Under the pieces are notes generated by a model. That model had not been told where the DNA came from, did not search any database, and was given only the letters and a program-made list of their open reading frames with translations. The position numbers were made by a program, and so were the translations under genes. A stretch of 63,053 bases of DNA, filler included, from Pelomyxa schiedti (lineage: Eukaryota; Protista; Evosea): the NCBI GenBank assembly GCA_020536535.1. It is 16 parts of 16 records of this genome, joined end to end, with 100 filler letters (N's around TTAATTAATTAA, not from the genome) between each part and the next. Parts side by side here need not be neighbours in the genome. Positions count along the whole stretch, not along the records: positions 50,115 to 51,250 come from JAHLWZ010002784.1; positions 51,351 to 56,631 come from JAHLWZ010000395.1; positions 56,732 to 57,975 come from JAHLWZ010002656.1; positions 58,076 to 59,326 come from JAHLWZ010002651.1; positions 59,427 to 60,777 come from JAHLWZ010002580.1; 11 more parts are not named here. One strand, given 5' to 3'. Shown here piece after piece: positions 50,115 to 60,877 of the stretch (within the stretch, counting starts at the first letter, position 1; each line of letters starts with the position of its first letter).

Positions 50115-50780
50115 GTGGTTAATTCACACTGAACCCACTCAACCCACACAAAGACACTCCCAACAATTTCACAAAACACCACCCCCAAAACAACATCACA
50201 CACGTTCCTGGCACAGAAACAACCACCATTGGCCATCCCAAGGTTTCTACTATTGTTACACTCATCATCTCCCACTGGAATGCAGAGCCAATAGTTTGTA
50301 TGTACATCTACAATATTTAGTACTAACTTATTTCCACTAGCTGTTGCTTTCTTTCCAAACAGACTGGCGTGACTGTATGGAATGGGTATGGTGCATAAAC
50401 ATGGCCAGATGCAGTGCTGGGCTTGGGCTGGTCCAATGGCTTCATGACCTGACAGTCTGGGCAACATTGGATCTGCTTGTGGATATCGCCGATGATTCTG
50501 TCCCACCAGAAGGTTTGTAGTATTCTTGCTAGAGTCTTCTCCACTGACATATGCCCTCCTAGGTTGCCATTGTGGAACTGAGTGAATATTGCATATCTCC
50601 AGCTCATGGGGACTACAATGGTGGCCTTGGACTCTTCCTACAATGGTGCTGGACTCTTTGGCATTCCCAACATCGCTGGTGTTGGGGTTTGGCTCTTGTA
50701 GCTGTGATACATACTCTGCCTTGCCAACTTGTAGCATTGACTCTTGACATGCCCTGGCTTGCCACAGAAGTAACACTTAA
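50115..50780 (-). mobile_element. decayed retroelement: CCHC zinc knuckle + integrase H2C2 + rve start
   Basis: CYFCGKPGHVKSQC (50734-50775); VVP..WR..IFTQFH...GGHMSVEKTLARILQTFWW...CPDCQ; then a frameshift to TASGNKLVLNIVDVHT. Confidence 0.85.
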
Positions 50781-51099
50781 CTTAATATGTGTCTCTTAAG
50801 TTTCCCCTCATGGTAATCTCACTCTCTGCCAACTCTTAAACCAGCCTGGGCAATGATGAGGCTCTGGATGTCTTAGCCTTGCTAATAAGGTTTGCCCTCA
50901 AAACAAAGCAAGAGTTTGCTCTTCAGCATAACATGGAGTAAGCAGGACTCCACTCGTTGACATGGAATGCCTATAATGAGAAAAGTAGTTTCCAGTTATG
51001 GGCTTGTACTTTTTTACGATTCACCCATGTCAATGAGTGTTTACTTCATGGTTATGCTAGAGAGTAAGCTTTTGTAATAATACCTTCTGTTCTTTCAAC

Positions 51100-51250
51100 A
51101 TGCTCCAAGGGGAGACTACATTACAAAATGCACTAAGCACACTAACTACACTGGACATCAATGGAACCAACTTTCACATCACAAGGGAAATCATGATATT
51201 AAAACAAGGCAATCAATCAGTACAACAATATTATGAGAAGTTCATCTTTT
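51100..51250 (+). mobile_element. retrotransposon Gag fragment, opposite strand to the integrase remnant
   Basis: EIMILKQGNQSVQQYYEKF matches the Gag L.Q...SV..Y...F motif. Confidence 0.55.
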
Positions 51251-51502
51251 NNNNNNNNNNNNNNNNNNNNNNNNNNNNNNNNNNNNNNNNNNNNTTAATT
51301 AATTAANNNNNNNNNNNNNNNNNNNNNNNNNNNNNNNNNNNNNNNNNNNNAGTGGTTTATTATCCGTGGTAGGTTTCGCCCCCTCTCCCCCCTTCTCTTC
51401 TTCCTTTACTTTAGTGACTTTAGCATCTACTCCTCCAGCGGCTAGTACAGTAGTGTCCTCCCCCTCCCCCTTTCGAATCCGTTGTAAAAATTGCCTCTTT
51501 AG

Positions 51503-52090
51503 CAGAACTTTCAAAGTGGGCTGCAACAAAAACTGACCAATTGCAACGTGTATGGGCGGAAAGCATTTGCGAACAGGCTTTGTTCCAGGCCGTCGATCAA
51601 CTAAAGGCGGCAAGTACCCCACAAGCAAAAAAATACCCTTTGCTTATTTCTTGACCAGTTTCTGGATAAAAAATACAACTTGGGTGGAAAGCACTCCATG
51701 ATGAACCCCGGTTCACTTGAGGATTGGCCCCTTACACAACAGAAGGAGCTGTTTGAGGTTTATTATTTTAATTTCCATGTTATCAAAATAATAGTATTCT
51801 TCACCAACACAGCCCTTTTCCAGGCACTCGGCCACTTACCCGGTGAAATCGGTGTAACACTATTACCAAGCTACTTCATGGTTCCAGCCAAAACAGTATC
51901 CGGTTTGCTGATTCCATCACCACCGGGTGATACCACCAGCCAGTTTGTGAACTGCCAACTCTGCCCGCGACCAGTATGCCCCGGCCGGCGTGGTGTGTAT
52001 CCACTTTCACTAGCCCACAAACTTACTGCACTCTACCTCTCCCCTACAGCTCCCTACGATCCTGTTAAATGGAAGGAATACAACCTTTAG
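51503..52090 (+). CDS. B12-dependent methionine synthase activation (AdoMet-binding) domain, stand-alone bacterial type; 5'-truncated; introns 51610-51658 (GC-AG), 51758-51823, 51993-52049
   Basis: Spliced product: ELSKWAATKTDQLQRVWAESICEQAL...KYNLGGKHSMMNPGSLEDWPLTQQKELFEALG...EIGVTLLPSYFMVPAKTVSG...FVNCQLCPRPVCPGRRAPYD. Confidence 0.85.
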
Positions 52091-52282
52091 AATGAATAAC
52101 GTTTCCGTGTCCAAAATGTGGGTGCATGTTCAGAAGCACACCCACTGTCCGCGGATATAGCCTATTCCTTACCCACGCACCATTAATACCCCCTGTTATC
52201 TGTATCCTACCATTCTATTCCATTTCTTGTTGAGTATTACTATCATTTTTTCCTTCTTTCGTTTCGTTTTCCAACAAGAGAA

Positions 52283-53644
52283 ATGTCCCGCAGCAGCGAA
52301 ACGACGTCCCCGCCGGGGGATTATGACGACGCCGACGACTGCGCCGGCGCCTGTGGTGGGAGCAGCGACGACCTCTACGACGAGGATGACGACGACGAGG
52401 ACGAGGACGAGGAGGAGGACTCTCCCGAGGGCGGAGGTGGCAGCAGCACGAGCACGAGCAGGAGCAGGAGGAGGAAGCGCGGGCCCGAGGCTGCGACCAG
52501 CCGCGCCGCCGCATCCGACTGGATGGCGCTGCGGGCCGAGGCCGACGCCGCCCTCCGCGCCGCAACCGCTGCCACGGGGGCCCCCGACTCGGACGGCGGG
52601 GGCTACGGCGACACCGCGGACGACGACGGCGACGACGGCTACTACGAGAACCCCGCCACCGCCGCCGAGGACTGCTGCCCCACGAGGAGGGACGACGACG
52701 AGGTGGCCGCAACCAGGGGAAGGGAGGCCAGCAAGGAGGGGGACGTGGATGTAGCAGGGGACGGGGACGGGGACGGGGAGGAAGGAGGGGGGCCGGCGGC
52801 GGGTCTGGGGCTGCAGCAGCTGCAATCGCGGGACTATGCGAAGAGGAGGAGGGTGTCCAGTGACGCTGGGGGGAAGGCGTTGCCGGCAGCAAAGCGGGAG
52901 GCCCAGGGGGAGGGGGAGGACACTACTGTACTAGCCGCTGGAGGAGTAGATGCTAAAGTCACTAAAGTAAAGGAAGAAGAGAAGGGGGGAGAGGGGGCGA
53001 AACCTACCACGGATAATAAACCACTGCCGGCACTGCAAACTCCCCCTCCTTCACAGCTGCATTCTGATACCACTATTGCGGAAAGCGGTGATCCGCCGGT
53101 TGTGCAGTCGATTTTACCTAAAGAGGAACCGAAAGACTGCGCCACCGGAATTCCTACAACAACAATAAATCCCGCAATACTAAAAGCAGAACCGCATAAC
53201 TGTGATATGGATGTTGACAATAATACCCGAACCACAGCAACAACTTGTACATCGTCCTCTGCATCCACAACAACAATTACCAGTGTACCCTTTCCAAACT
53301 CCACTGCGGTAAAAATGGAACCTCAGATGATATCTGAGAACGACGCCTTGCATGATGCCCTAGAGAAAGCCCTCCATGCAGGCACGCCAGTCCACCATAA
53401 GTTCCGGCCCTATTCCTGTGAGAACTGCAAATGGTGCCTTCAATTTAAGCACTCCACTACTACCGAAGATTGCAAAACCTGCGGATGTGCCCTGGTTTAC
53501 CACATACAACCAGCAAACAGTGACGATGATGGAGATGATGAAGATGACGGCGATGGTACCGAGGACGATGACGATTCATATGACTACACTGCCTTTTCTG
53601 ATAGTGACAAGGCCAGTGGTGCTTCCTCCGCCGACGAATCATAA
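52283..53644 (+). CDS. 453-aa acidic, disordered protein with a C-terminal Cys/His cluster (copy A)
   Basis: Single ORF with D/E tracts, an RRRKR NLS-like motif and CENCKWCLQF-x7-CKTCGCALVYH. Confidence 0.65.
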   Translation: MSRSSETTSPPGDYDDADDCAGACGGSSDDLYDEDDDDEDEDEEEDSPEGGGGSSTSTSRSRRRKRGPEAATSRAAASDWMALRAEADAALRAATAATGAPDSDGGGYGDTADDDGDDGYYENPATAAEDCCPTRRDDDEVAATRGREASKEGDVDVAGDGDGDGEEGGGPAAGLGLQQLQSRDYAKRRRVSSDAGGKALPAAKREAQGEGEDTTVLAAGGVDAKVTKVKEEEKGGEGAKPTTDNKPLPALQTPPPSQLHSDTTIAESGDPPVVQSILPKEEPKDCATGIPTTTINPAILKAEPHNCDMDVDNNTRTTATTCTSSSASTTTITSVPFPNSTAVKMEPQMISENDALHDALEKALHAGTPVHHKFRPYSCENCKWCLQFKHSTTTEDCKTCGCALVYHIQPANSDDDGDDEDDGDGTEDDDDSYDYTAFSDSDKASGASSADES

Positions 53645-53961
53645 AACGGCCCTATACTATTTGTATTTCAAAAGAACCTCCCTAATGGCACACCCCATTG
53701 AAGTTGTAAACACCAATGAGAAGGAAATTATTTTGTTCGTATCTAGAAGTTTTTACGCTAATCATCAGAGTCAAACAAACCTTAATTCGGGTGAATCACT
53801 CACATCATCGTAACCAACTGAAATATCACTTCGACTGAACGATCTGCGTGATGACCGAAAACTCCTACAACAAATCTATTCACCAAACTCCTCCTGTTTC
53901 ACCCCAAACAACCCTTTTTATCCACCACTTTAACAACGTAGCAAATTTCATACCAACCAAA

Positions 53962-54211
53962 ATGGCAGAACAACACCCGCTAGTGCCAGTTGTATCATGC
54001 ATTAATGCTAAGGACCAGCTGTTTGCCTTTGCATGCTGCTGCCTTATACCCCGCTGTAATGGTTGTGGTAATGTCAAACTGACACAGTGCATAGTTAGGC
54101 ACATAGGGGAAGAGTGGGTGGTGGCCACTGACAGGGTGGTCACAGTGAGGGTGATGGGGAGGGTGGTGTGTGGTGATGCTATGAGGACTGTGTGGTTCGA
54201 GGTGTCACACA
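53962..54211 (+). CDS. 5' part of a KDQ..AF.....PRC family member (copy A), cut by a gap
   Basis: MAEQHP...AKDQLFAFACCCLIPRCNGCG...VWFEVSH. Confidence 0.5.
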
Positions 54212-54311
54212 NNNNNNNNNNNNNNNNNNNNNNNNNNNNNNNNNNNNNNNNNNNNNNNNNNNNNNNNNNNNNNNNNNNNNNNNNNNNNNNNNNNNNNNNN
54301 NNNNNNNNNNN

Positions 54312-54517
54312 CAGCCAAAACAGTATCCGGTTTGCTGATTCCATCACCACCGGGTGATACCACCAGCCAGTTTGTGAACTGCCAACTCTGCCCGCGACCA
54401 GTATGCCCCGGCCGGCGTGGTGTGTATCCACTGTCACTAGCCCACAAACTTACTGCACTCTACCTCTCCCCTACAGCTCCCTACGATCCTGCGAAATGGA
54501 AGGAATACAACCTTTAG
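54312..54517 (+). CDS. 3' end of a second copy of the methionine synthase activation domain gene
   Basis: PAKTVSGLLIP...CQLCPRPVCPGRR|APYDPAKWKEYNL*, with the same intron as copy A. Confidence 0.8.
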
Positions 54518-54710
54518 AATGAATAACGTTTCCGTGTCCAAAATGTGGGGTGTATGTTCAGAAGCACACACCCACTGTCCGCGGATATAGCCTATCCCTT
54601 AACCACGCACCATTAATACCCTGTTATCTGTATCCTACCATTCTATTCCATTTCTTGTTGAGTATTACCATCATTTTTTCCTTCTTTCGTTTCGTTTTCC
54701 AACAAGAGAA

Positions 54711-56069
54711 ATGTCCCGCAGCAGCGAAACGACGTCCCCGCCGGGGGATTATGACGACGCCGACGACTACGCCGGCGCCTGTGGTGGGAGCAGCGACGAC
54801 CTCTACGACGAGGATGACGACGACGAGGACGAGGACGAGGACTCTCCCGAGGGCGGAGGTGGCAGCAGCAGCACGAGCAGGAGCAGGAGGAGGAAGCGCG
54901 GGCCCGAGGCTGCGACCAGCCGCGCCGCCGCATCCGACTGGATGGCGCTGCGGGCCGAGGCCGACGCCGCCCTCCGCGCAGCAACCGCGGCCACGGGGGC
55001 CCCCGACTCGGACGGCGGGGGCTACGGCGACACCGCGGACGACGACGACGACGGCTACTACGAGAACCCCGCCACCGCCGCCGAGGACTGCTGCCCCACG
55101 AGGAGGGACGGCGACGAGGTGGCCACAACCAGGGGAAGGGAGGCCAGCAAGGAGGGGGACGTGGATGTAGCAGGGGACGGGGAGGGGGACGGGGAGGAAG
55201 GAGGGGGGCCGGCGGCGGGTCTGGGGCTGCTGCAGCTGCAATCGCGGGACTATGCGAAGAGGAGGAGAGTGTCCAGTGACGCTGGGGGGAAGGCGTTGCC
55301 GGCAGCAAAGCGGGAGGCCCAGGGGGAGGGGGAGGACACTACTGTACTAGCCGCTGGAGGAGTAGATGCTAAAGTCACTAAAGTAAAGGAAGAAGAGAAG
55401 GGGGGAGAGGGGGCGAAACCTACCACGGATAATAAACCACTGCCGGCACTGCAAACTCCCCCTCCTTCACAGCTGCATTCTGATACCACTATTGCGGAAA
55501 GCGGTGATCCCCCGGTTGTGCAGCCGATTTTACCTAAAGAGGAACCGAAAGACTGCGCCACCGGAATTCCTACAACCACAATTATAAATCCCGCAATACT
55601 AAAAGCAGAACCGCATAACTGTGACATGGATGTTGACAATAATACCCGAACCACAACAACAACCTGTACATCATCCTCCGCCTCCACTGCAACAACAAAT
55701 ACCAGTGTACCCTTTCAAAACTCCACTGCGGTAAAAATGGAACCTCAGATGATATCTGAGAACGACGCCTTACATGACGCCCTAGAGAAAGCTCTCCATT
55801 CAGCTACACCATCCCACCATAAGTTCCGGCCCTATTCCTGCGAGAACTGCAAATGGTGCCTTCAATTTAAGCACTCCACTACTACTGAAGATTGCAAAAC
55901 CTGTGGATGTGCCCTGGTTTACCACATACAACCAGCAAACAGTGACGATGACAGTGATGGAGATGATGAAGATGACGGTGATGGTCCCGAGGACGATGAC
56001 GATTCATATGACTACACTGCCTTTTCTGATAGTGATAAGGCCAGTGGTGCTTCCTCCGAGGAATCATAA
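54711..56069 (+). CDS. 452-aa acidic protein with a Cys/His cluster (copy B)
   Basis: Closely similar to 52283-53644 with small in-frame indels. Confidence 0.65.
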   Translation: MSRSSETTSPPGDYDDADDYAGACGGSSDDLYDEDDDDEDEDEDSPEGGGGSSSTSRSRRRKRGPEAATSRAAASDWMALRAEADAALRAATAATGAPDSDGGGYGDTADDDDDGYYENPATAAEDCCPTRRDGDEVATTRGREASKEGDVDVAGDGEGDGEEGGGPAAGLGLLQLQSRDYAKRRRVSSDAGGKALPAAKREAQGEGEDTTVLAAGGVDAKVTKVKEEEKGGEGAKPTTDNKPLPALQTPPPSQLHSDTTIAESGDPPVVQPILPKEEPKDCATGIPTTTIINPAILKAEPHNCDMDVDNNTRTTTTTCTSSSASTATTNTSVPFQNSTAVKMEPQMISENDALHDALEKALHSATPSHHKFRPYSCENCKWCLQFKHSTTTEDCKTCGCALVYHIQPANSDDDSDGDDEDDGDGPEDDDDSYDYTAFSDSDKASGASSEES

Positions 56070-56381
56070 AACTGCCCTATACTATTTGTATTTCAAAAGA
56101 ACCTCCCTAACGGCACACCCCATTGCAGTTGTAAACACCAATGAGAAGGAAATGCTTTTGTTCGTATCTAGAAGTTTTTACGCTAATCATCAGTCAAACA
56201 AACCTTAATTCGGGTGATTCACCCTCATCACCGTAACCAACTGAAATATCACTTCCACTGAACGATCTGCCTGATGACCTAAAACTCCTACAACAAATCA
56301 ATTCACCAAACTCCTCCTGTTTCACACCAAAGCCTTTTAATCCACCACTTTAACAACGTAGCAAATTTCATACCAACCAAA

Positions 56382-56631
56382 ATGGCAGAACAACACCCGC
56401 TAGTGCCAGTTGTATCATGCATTAATGCTAAGGACCAGCTGTTTGCCTTTGCATGCTGTTGCCTTGTACCCCGCTGCAATGGTTGTGGTAATGTCAAACT
56501 GACACAGTGTATAGTTAGGCACATAGGGGAAGAGTGGGTGGTGGCCACTGACAGGGTGGTCACAGTGAGGGTGATGGGGAGGGTGGTGTGTGGTGATGCT
56601 ATGAGGACTGTGTGGTTCGAGGTGTCACACA
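56382..56631 (+). CDS. 5' part of a KDQ..AF.....PRC family member (copy B)
   Basis: Near-identical to 53962-54211. Confidence 0.5.
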
Positions 56632-58929
56632 NNNNNNNNNNNNNNNNNNNNNNNNNNNNNNNNNNNNNNNNNNNNTTAATTAATTAANNNNNNNNNNNNN
56701 NNNNNNNNNNNNNNNNNNNNNNNNNNNNNNNACCTCTTGAGATAGAGACAATAACGGAAACGCACTGCTGTGTTCTCTCTGGTTCTTGTTCTGTGGTCTG
56801 TGTTGGTGTTAGAAGAAAAAGCAAAGGCAAAACTAGAATGAAAACGGATTAACGCAAAGTCAATAAAGGAAAAGCAAACAAAAATAAAGGAATTAAAATT
56901 TAAATCAAAAAACCACTCTGTTAGATACAAATCATTTAACAACTTAAACCTGCAGGAATTGAGACAAACACAAATCAAAAAAAAACAATACTAGCAGAAG
57001 AATCAAAAAAATTCCCCACCACTCTTGCCAATCTGTGCACGACACCCTCACCAAGTGCCACAGCACTTTGTTCTTGTAGTAGGCCTCTGTTTGGGGCAGG
57101 CGGCTCACTACGCCAGCAGCCCTCACCATGTGTCACGCAAACTATGTCGAGACACCCCCGTGCGTGTCGAAGCACCCCCGTACATGTTCGGAAACCCCTG
57201 TCGACAGGCGAACCGATGTACGAGTATGCGTTCCGTTGGTGGTGTTCCGCGCTGAAAAAGCACAAAAAAATTTGCCGGCCGTTGCGGGTGCAAATCGGTG
57301 TGATGTGGGAGCTCCCACATCGAGCCTGTTGTGATTTTACACATTTGGGTAAAATGGGCAAAAACCAGGGTGTAAAAGTGATCACCAGGACTGTGTGGGA
57401 TACGTGTGAAACTGCAGAAAAAAAATACAGAATGCCAGGGAGACAAATGGTTGTAAAGTGTGAGAAAAACAGAGAAAATACTTGCAGTCTACAGCAAAAG
57501 CAAAAGCAAAAGCAACTTTTTCGGAAATTGAGAGTGTGCAATCACTTCCGTGGTTGAAAATTCCCATTTCGATTCTGGAACAACCAGACATCAGGGGTTT
57601 TTAAATTAATTAATTAAATTTGACCACGGAACTTTTCTGTTACAGGAGGTTTGATCAGGAAATGGTCAAGAAGAAACGTCAGCGAAAAGACGTCCGGGTC
57701 GATGCGCGGAAGTACGCGGCGGTGAAAAACCACTACAAAAAAAAAATACAGCTTCCTGTCTGTTGATTAATCAGCCCGTCATGTTCCCAAAGCCTCTCGT
57801 GTGTGTCGCCAAGGGCCCTTCCCTGCGGCCAGGCCAAGAAAATTCTCAGGAGATGCGATCGACATCTGCACCACCTCGCCGCAGCCGCAAGATCGCACTG
57901 TGCTCGGGATTCAACGAGGACACCGACGTCTCGAAGTGGCTGCTCGACAAACTGGCGCTGTGGTCGGCTGCGTCGNNNNNNNNNNNNNNNNNNNNNNNNN
58001 NNNNNNNNNNNNNNNNNNNTTAATTAATTAANNNNNNNNNNNNNNNNNNNNNNNNNNNNNNNNNNNNNNNNNNNNCAACCACGTGAATCATACCAAGAAA
58101 AGATTTGCTTGGGAATAGCTCAGAGGTCTCAGTCTGTCGTACTCTTCCCCGCCTTGAGTTTAGAATTTCTCAGTTTTTAAAGGCTGTATTTTTTTTCAAT
58201 AAAATTCACCCGCAAAATAAATAGCACAGTGTAAACACACACCAGCAGTGTCGCACAATCCCAAACTGTATCGCTGGCCGTTGCACATGATAGTCGCACT
58301 TCATGCACATGACTTGGGAAACAATTTCAAGAAGGAAAAGGCTCTTACTTGTGATTCTCAAACACCTTTCGTGAGAGTGGGTACGGACAAAAAAAAAGAA
58401 ATTACATACGGTTGGCACCCAATCTGTCGGATACAGCCCCACTGCGTACCGAATATACATGCACGTCTTGAACCAGTGGAAACGAGTTAATACTGTTTAC
58501 TGTGGTAACATGCCAACAACAATATAGAATAATGGTCTTATCTATTACAAAATAGTGACATGTGTCATTACTTTGCCCACGGCACCGTCGCCAACAGCCA
58601 CTATTGTGAGTGTCTGTATCATCTCTCTGGAACCGTTTTTTTGCGGTTTCTAAGAACGGCGAACGGATCTGTAGATGATACGTTCATCTGAGTTGAATTA
58701 GGTTACTCTCAGGGAACAAAAATCCTTTTGACCAAGGGTCAGTGCAGTAGGATTGTGAAGGCAAACACACCAATCAGCTCCTCTTCTGTAAATGTAAAAC
58801 GCAGCGGATGACCTGAACAGGGACTTGAGGGGAACACCCTTGTTTGCTGACGACCTGATGATGCTCGTCGGGATGAACCGCGCCCACAGTCCATCCGTCG
58901 ATGCGAGTGCCCGGAAATCCCGGCAAACC

Positions 58930-59110
58930 TGTGTGTGTGTGTCAGTGTGTGTGTGTCAGTGTGTGTGTGTCAGTGTGTGTGTGTGTGTGTGTGTCAGTGT
59001 GTGTGTGTGTCAGTGTGTGTGTGTGTGTCAGTGTGTGTGTGTGTGTCAGTGTGTGTGTGTGTCAGTGTGTGTGTGTGTCAGTGTGTGTGTGTCAGTGTGT
59101 GTGTGTGTGT

Positions 59111-59150
<40 letters not shown>

Positions 59151-59165
59151 GTGTGTCAGTGTGTC
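58930..59165. repeat. compound microsatellite (GT)n punctuated by CA
   Basis: About 235 nt of GTGTGT...CA units. Confidence 0.95.
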
Positions 59166-59427
59166 AAGTGAATATTCATTGTGTGCGAAGTGTGGAGTGG
59201 GTGAGGAATAGACATACAGCGGAAAGCCGGAAGAGAGCCTTTGGATCACAGAACGAGAAAATGTTCATCCACAGTTCGTGCGGAAGCATCCCGAAAACGT
59301 TGCTGAAAAGCTGAAGCCACCACGCANNNNNNNNNNNNNNNNNNNNNNNNNNNNNNNNNNNNNNNNNNNNTTAATTAATTAANNNNNNNNNNNNNNNNNN
59401 NNNNNNNNNNNNNNNNNNNNNNNNNNA

Positions 59428-59724
59428 GATGATGAAGACAGGACACCTCTTTTGTGGGCTGCCGACCGCGGACATTTGAATCTTGTGAAAGAACTGTTGC
59501 GGAGAGGGGCCAACGTAAATCACCAGGTAACACCTCATTTTTTTTTTTCACCGTAAGGAATGTTTCCTATCCCCTAGGATTCTGATGGACAAACCGCACT
59601 ACACTACAGTGTATCCTGTGGCCACAAGGAGCTCACAGAATACCTTCTCACAGTGGACGGTTTGGACAAAACAATTCCTGACTCCGATGGTTGCCTGGCA
59701 CTTGACCTCGAGGACCTCTCTTAA
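59428..59724 (+). CDS. 3' end of an ACBD6-like ankyrin-pair protein
   Basis: DEDRTPLLWAADRGHLNLVKELLRRGANVNHQ|DSDGQTALHYSVSCGH...DSDGCL resembles the C-terminal ankyrin pair of acyl-CoA-binding ankyrin proteins. The ACB domain itself is not in the contig. Confidence 0.6.
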
Positions 59725-60254
59725 TGTCATTGCATCTCACCACCTTACCACTTGTGTGCATCACAATTCTCTGAGACTGAAAAAACGTCCCTGTTTCGTT
59801 TCGTTTTCCCGATCGGATCCGCCGAAACAACAATCCACGAGTTGCTTGGGGGGCCGTGGCGCTCCTACCCCTTTGTACGACTCTCGTGTGCCGCGGGCAC
59901 GGTATCGGTTCGCACCGCCTCATTTAAGTGAAGCTGGGGGGCTGCTGTGCTCCTCGTGCGTTGCGTGGATTGTCAAGCACAACCGGTGCTGTGCCAACGA
60001 ACCCCCCTCAACGCAGCCGGAGATTGTTAATATAACGTGTTTGAAGTGGATAATTTGGCAGTTTGGCTGGCGGTACCCCCACATCAGTCCAAAAAAGAAT
60101 TGCCTGTTGTTCCACCTCCGTGATAATGTAATCAGGAAGAACATGTGCACAGTGGCTCATTGACTTGTTTCAAATCCCTCTGAATGGCATGAGGCTCTTC
60201 CATGTTCCCATTTTCCTTTCCCTCCCCTTTAGTAGGTCACAAGGTGAAAATCTA

Positions 60255-60580
60255 GAGAGTCTACCAAGACGTTGGACCTTTCCCACCTGAATTTGGAGTC
60301 TGTTCCAGAACAAATTGCAGGAATCACTTGCCAAAAGTTGGACCTTAGTGATAACCCAATCTTGAATCTGCCGCCGTGGCTGTTCCAAGCCAACATCTGC
60401 AATGTTCTACTGGATGACCAGAAAATCCCTGAACCCAGAAGCATGGAAGCCCCTTTCCCTGAAATACAACAACCATTCAAAATGCACAAGAAATCTGAGA
60501 AGCACCTGGATAGCATGGAACTTGGGTATCCAGCTTTCTTCAGCTTCTTCCATTTTCTTTTCGGATCTCATTTCTCTTAA
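60255..60580 (+). CDS. leucine-rich repeat fragment
   Basis: TLDLSHLNLESVP...KLDLSDNPILNLP. Confidence 0.5.
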
Positions 60581-60877
60581 GGATTCGACGAACAAATTAT
60601 TGGACATCCATTTTTCCCATGCTTCGTCAGCAGCAAGTCTGTTTTCATACTAAAGTTATGTCTCAGACAGTAGCAGAACAAGTGATGCCAGTGATCTCTG
60701 TCTTGAAGGAGATCCCAAAGCATGACAATGTTGTCAACTACACTAGGGAACTTGGTGCCACTCACTGAACCGTTTCCNNNNNNNNNNNNNNNNNNNNNNN
60801 NNNNNNNNNNNNNNNNNNNNNTTAATTAATTAANNNNNNNNNNNNNNNNNNNNNNNNNNNNNNNNNNNNNNNNNNNN

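Noticed and set aside
51351-51470. Inverted 120-nt copy of 52906-53025 fused to the activation-domain gene
   Set aside because: It lies at a contig start, matches the usual overlap length and is a short-range inversion, typical of an amplification chimera or assembly-graph artefact.
51880-56631. Apparent tandem duplication of the activation-domain gene, the acidic gene and the family gene
   Set aside because: The copies are joined only by an N gap and diverge about as much as the other probable haplotype pairs. Allelic scaffolding is the simpler explanation until long reads show otherwise.
57606-57617. TTAATTAATTAA without flanking Ns
   Set aside because: It sits in an AT-rich tract; chance or a stray spacer, with no functional support.
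58901-59314. Cys/Val-rich ORFs and other long antisense ORFs over GC-rich or repetitive exons (for example 52196-52892 and 18595-19098)
   Set aside because: They are translations of a (GT)n microsatellite or shadow frames of real genes.
10347-60877. Recurrent TTAATTAATTAA motif and apparent clustering of mobile elements, HGT-like genes and tRNAs
   Set aside because: The motif is an artificial six-frame-stop spacer padded with Ns. Neighbours across spacers are not physically linked, so no island or operon can be inferred.
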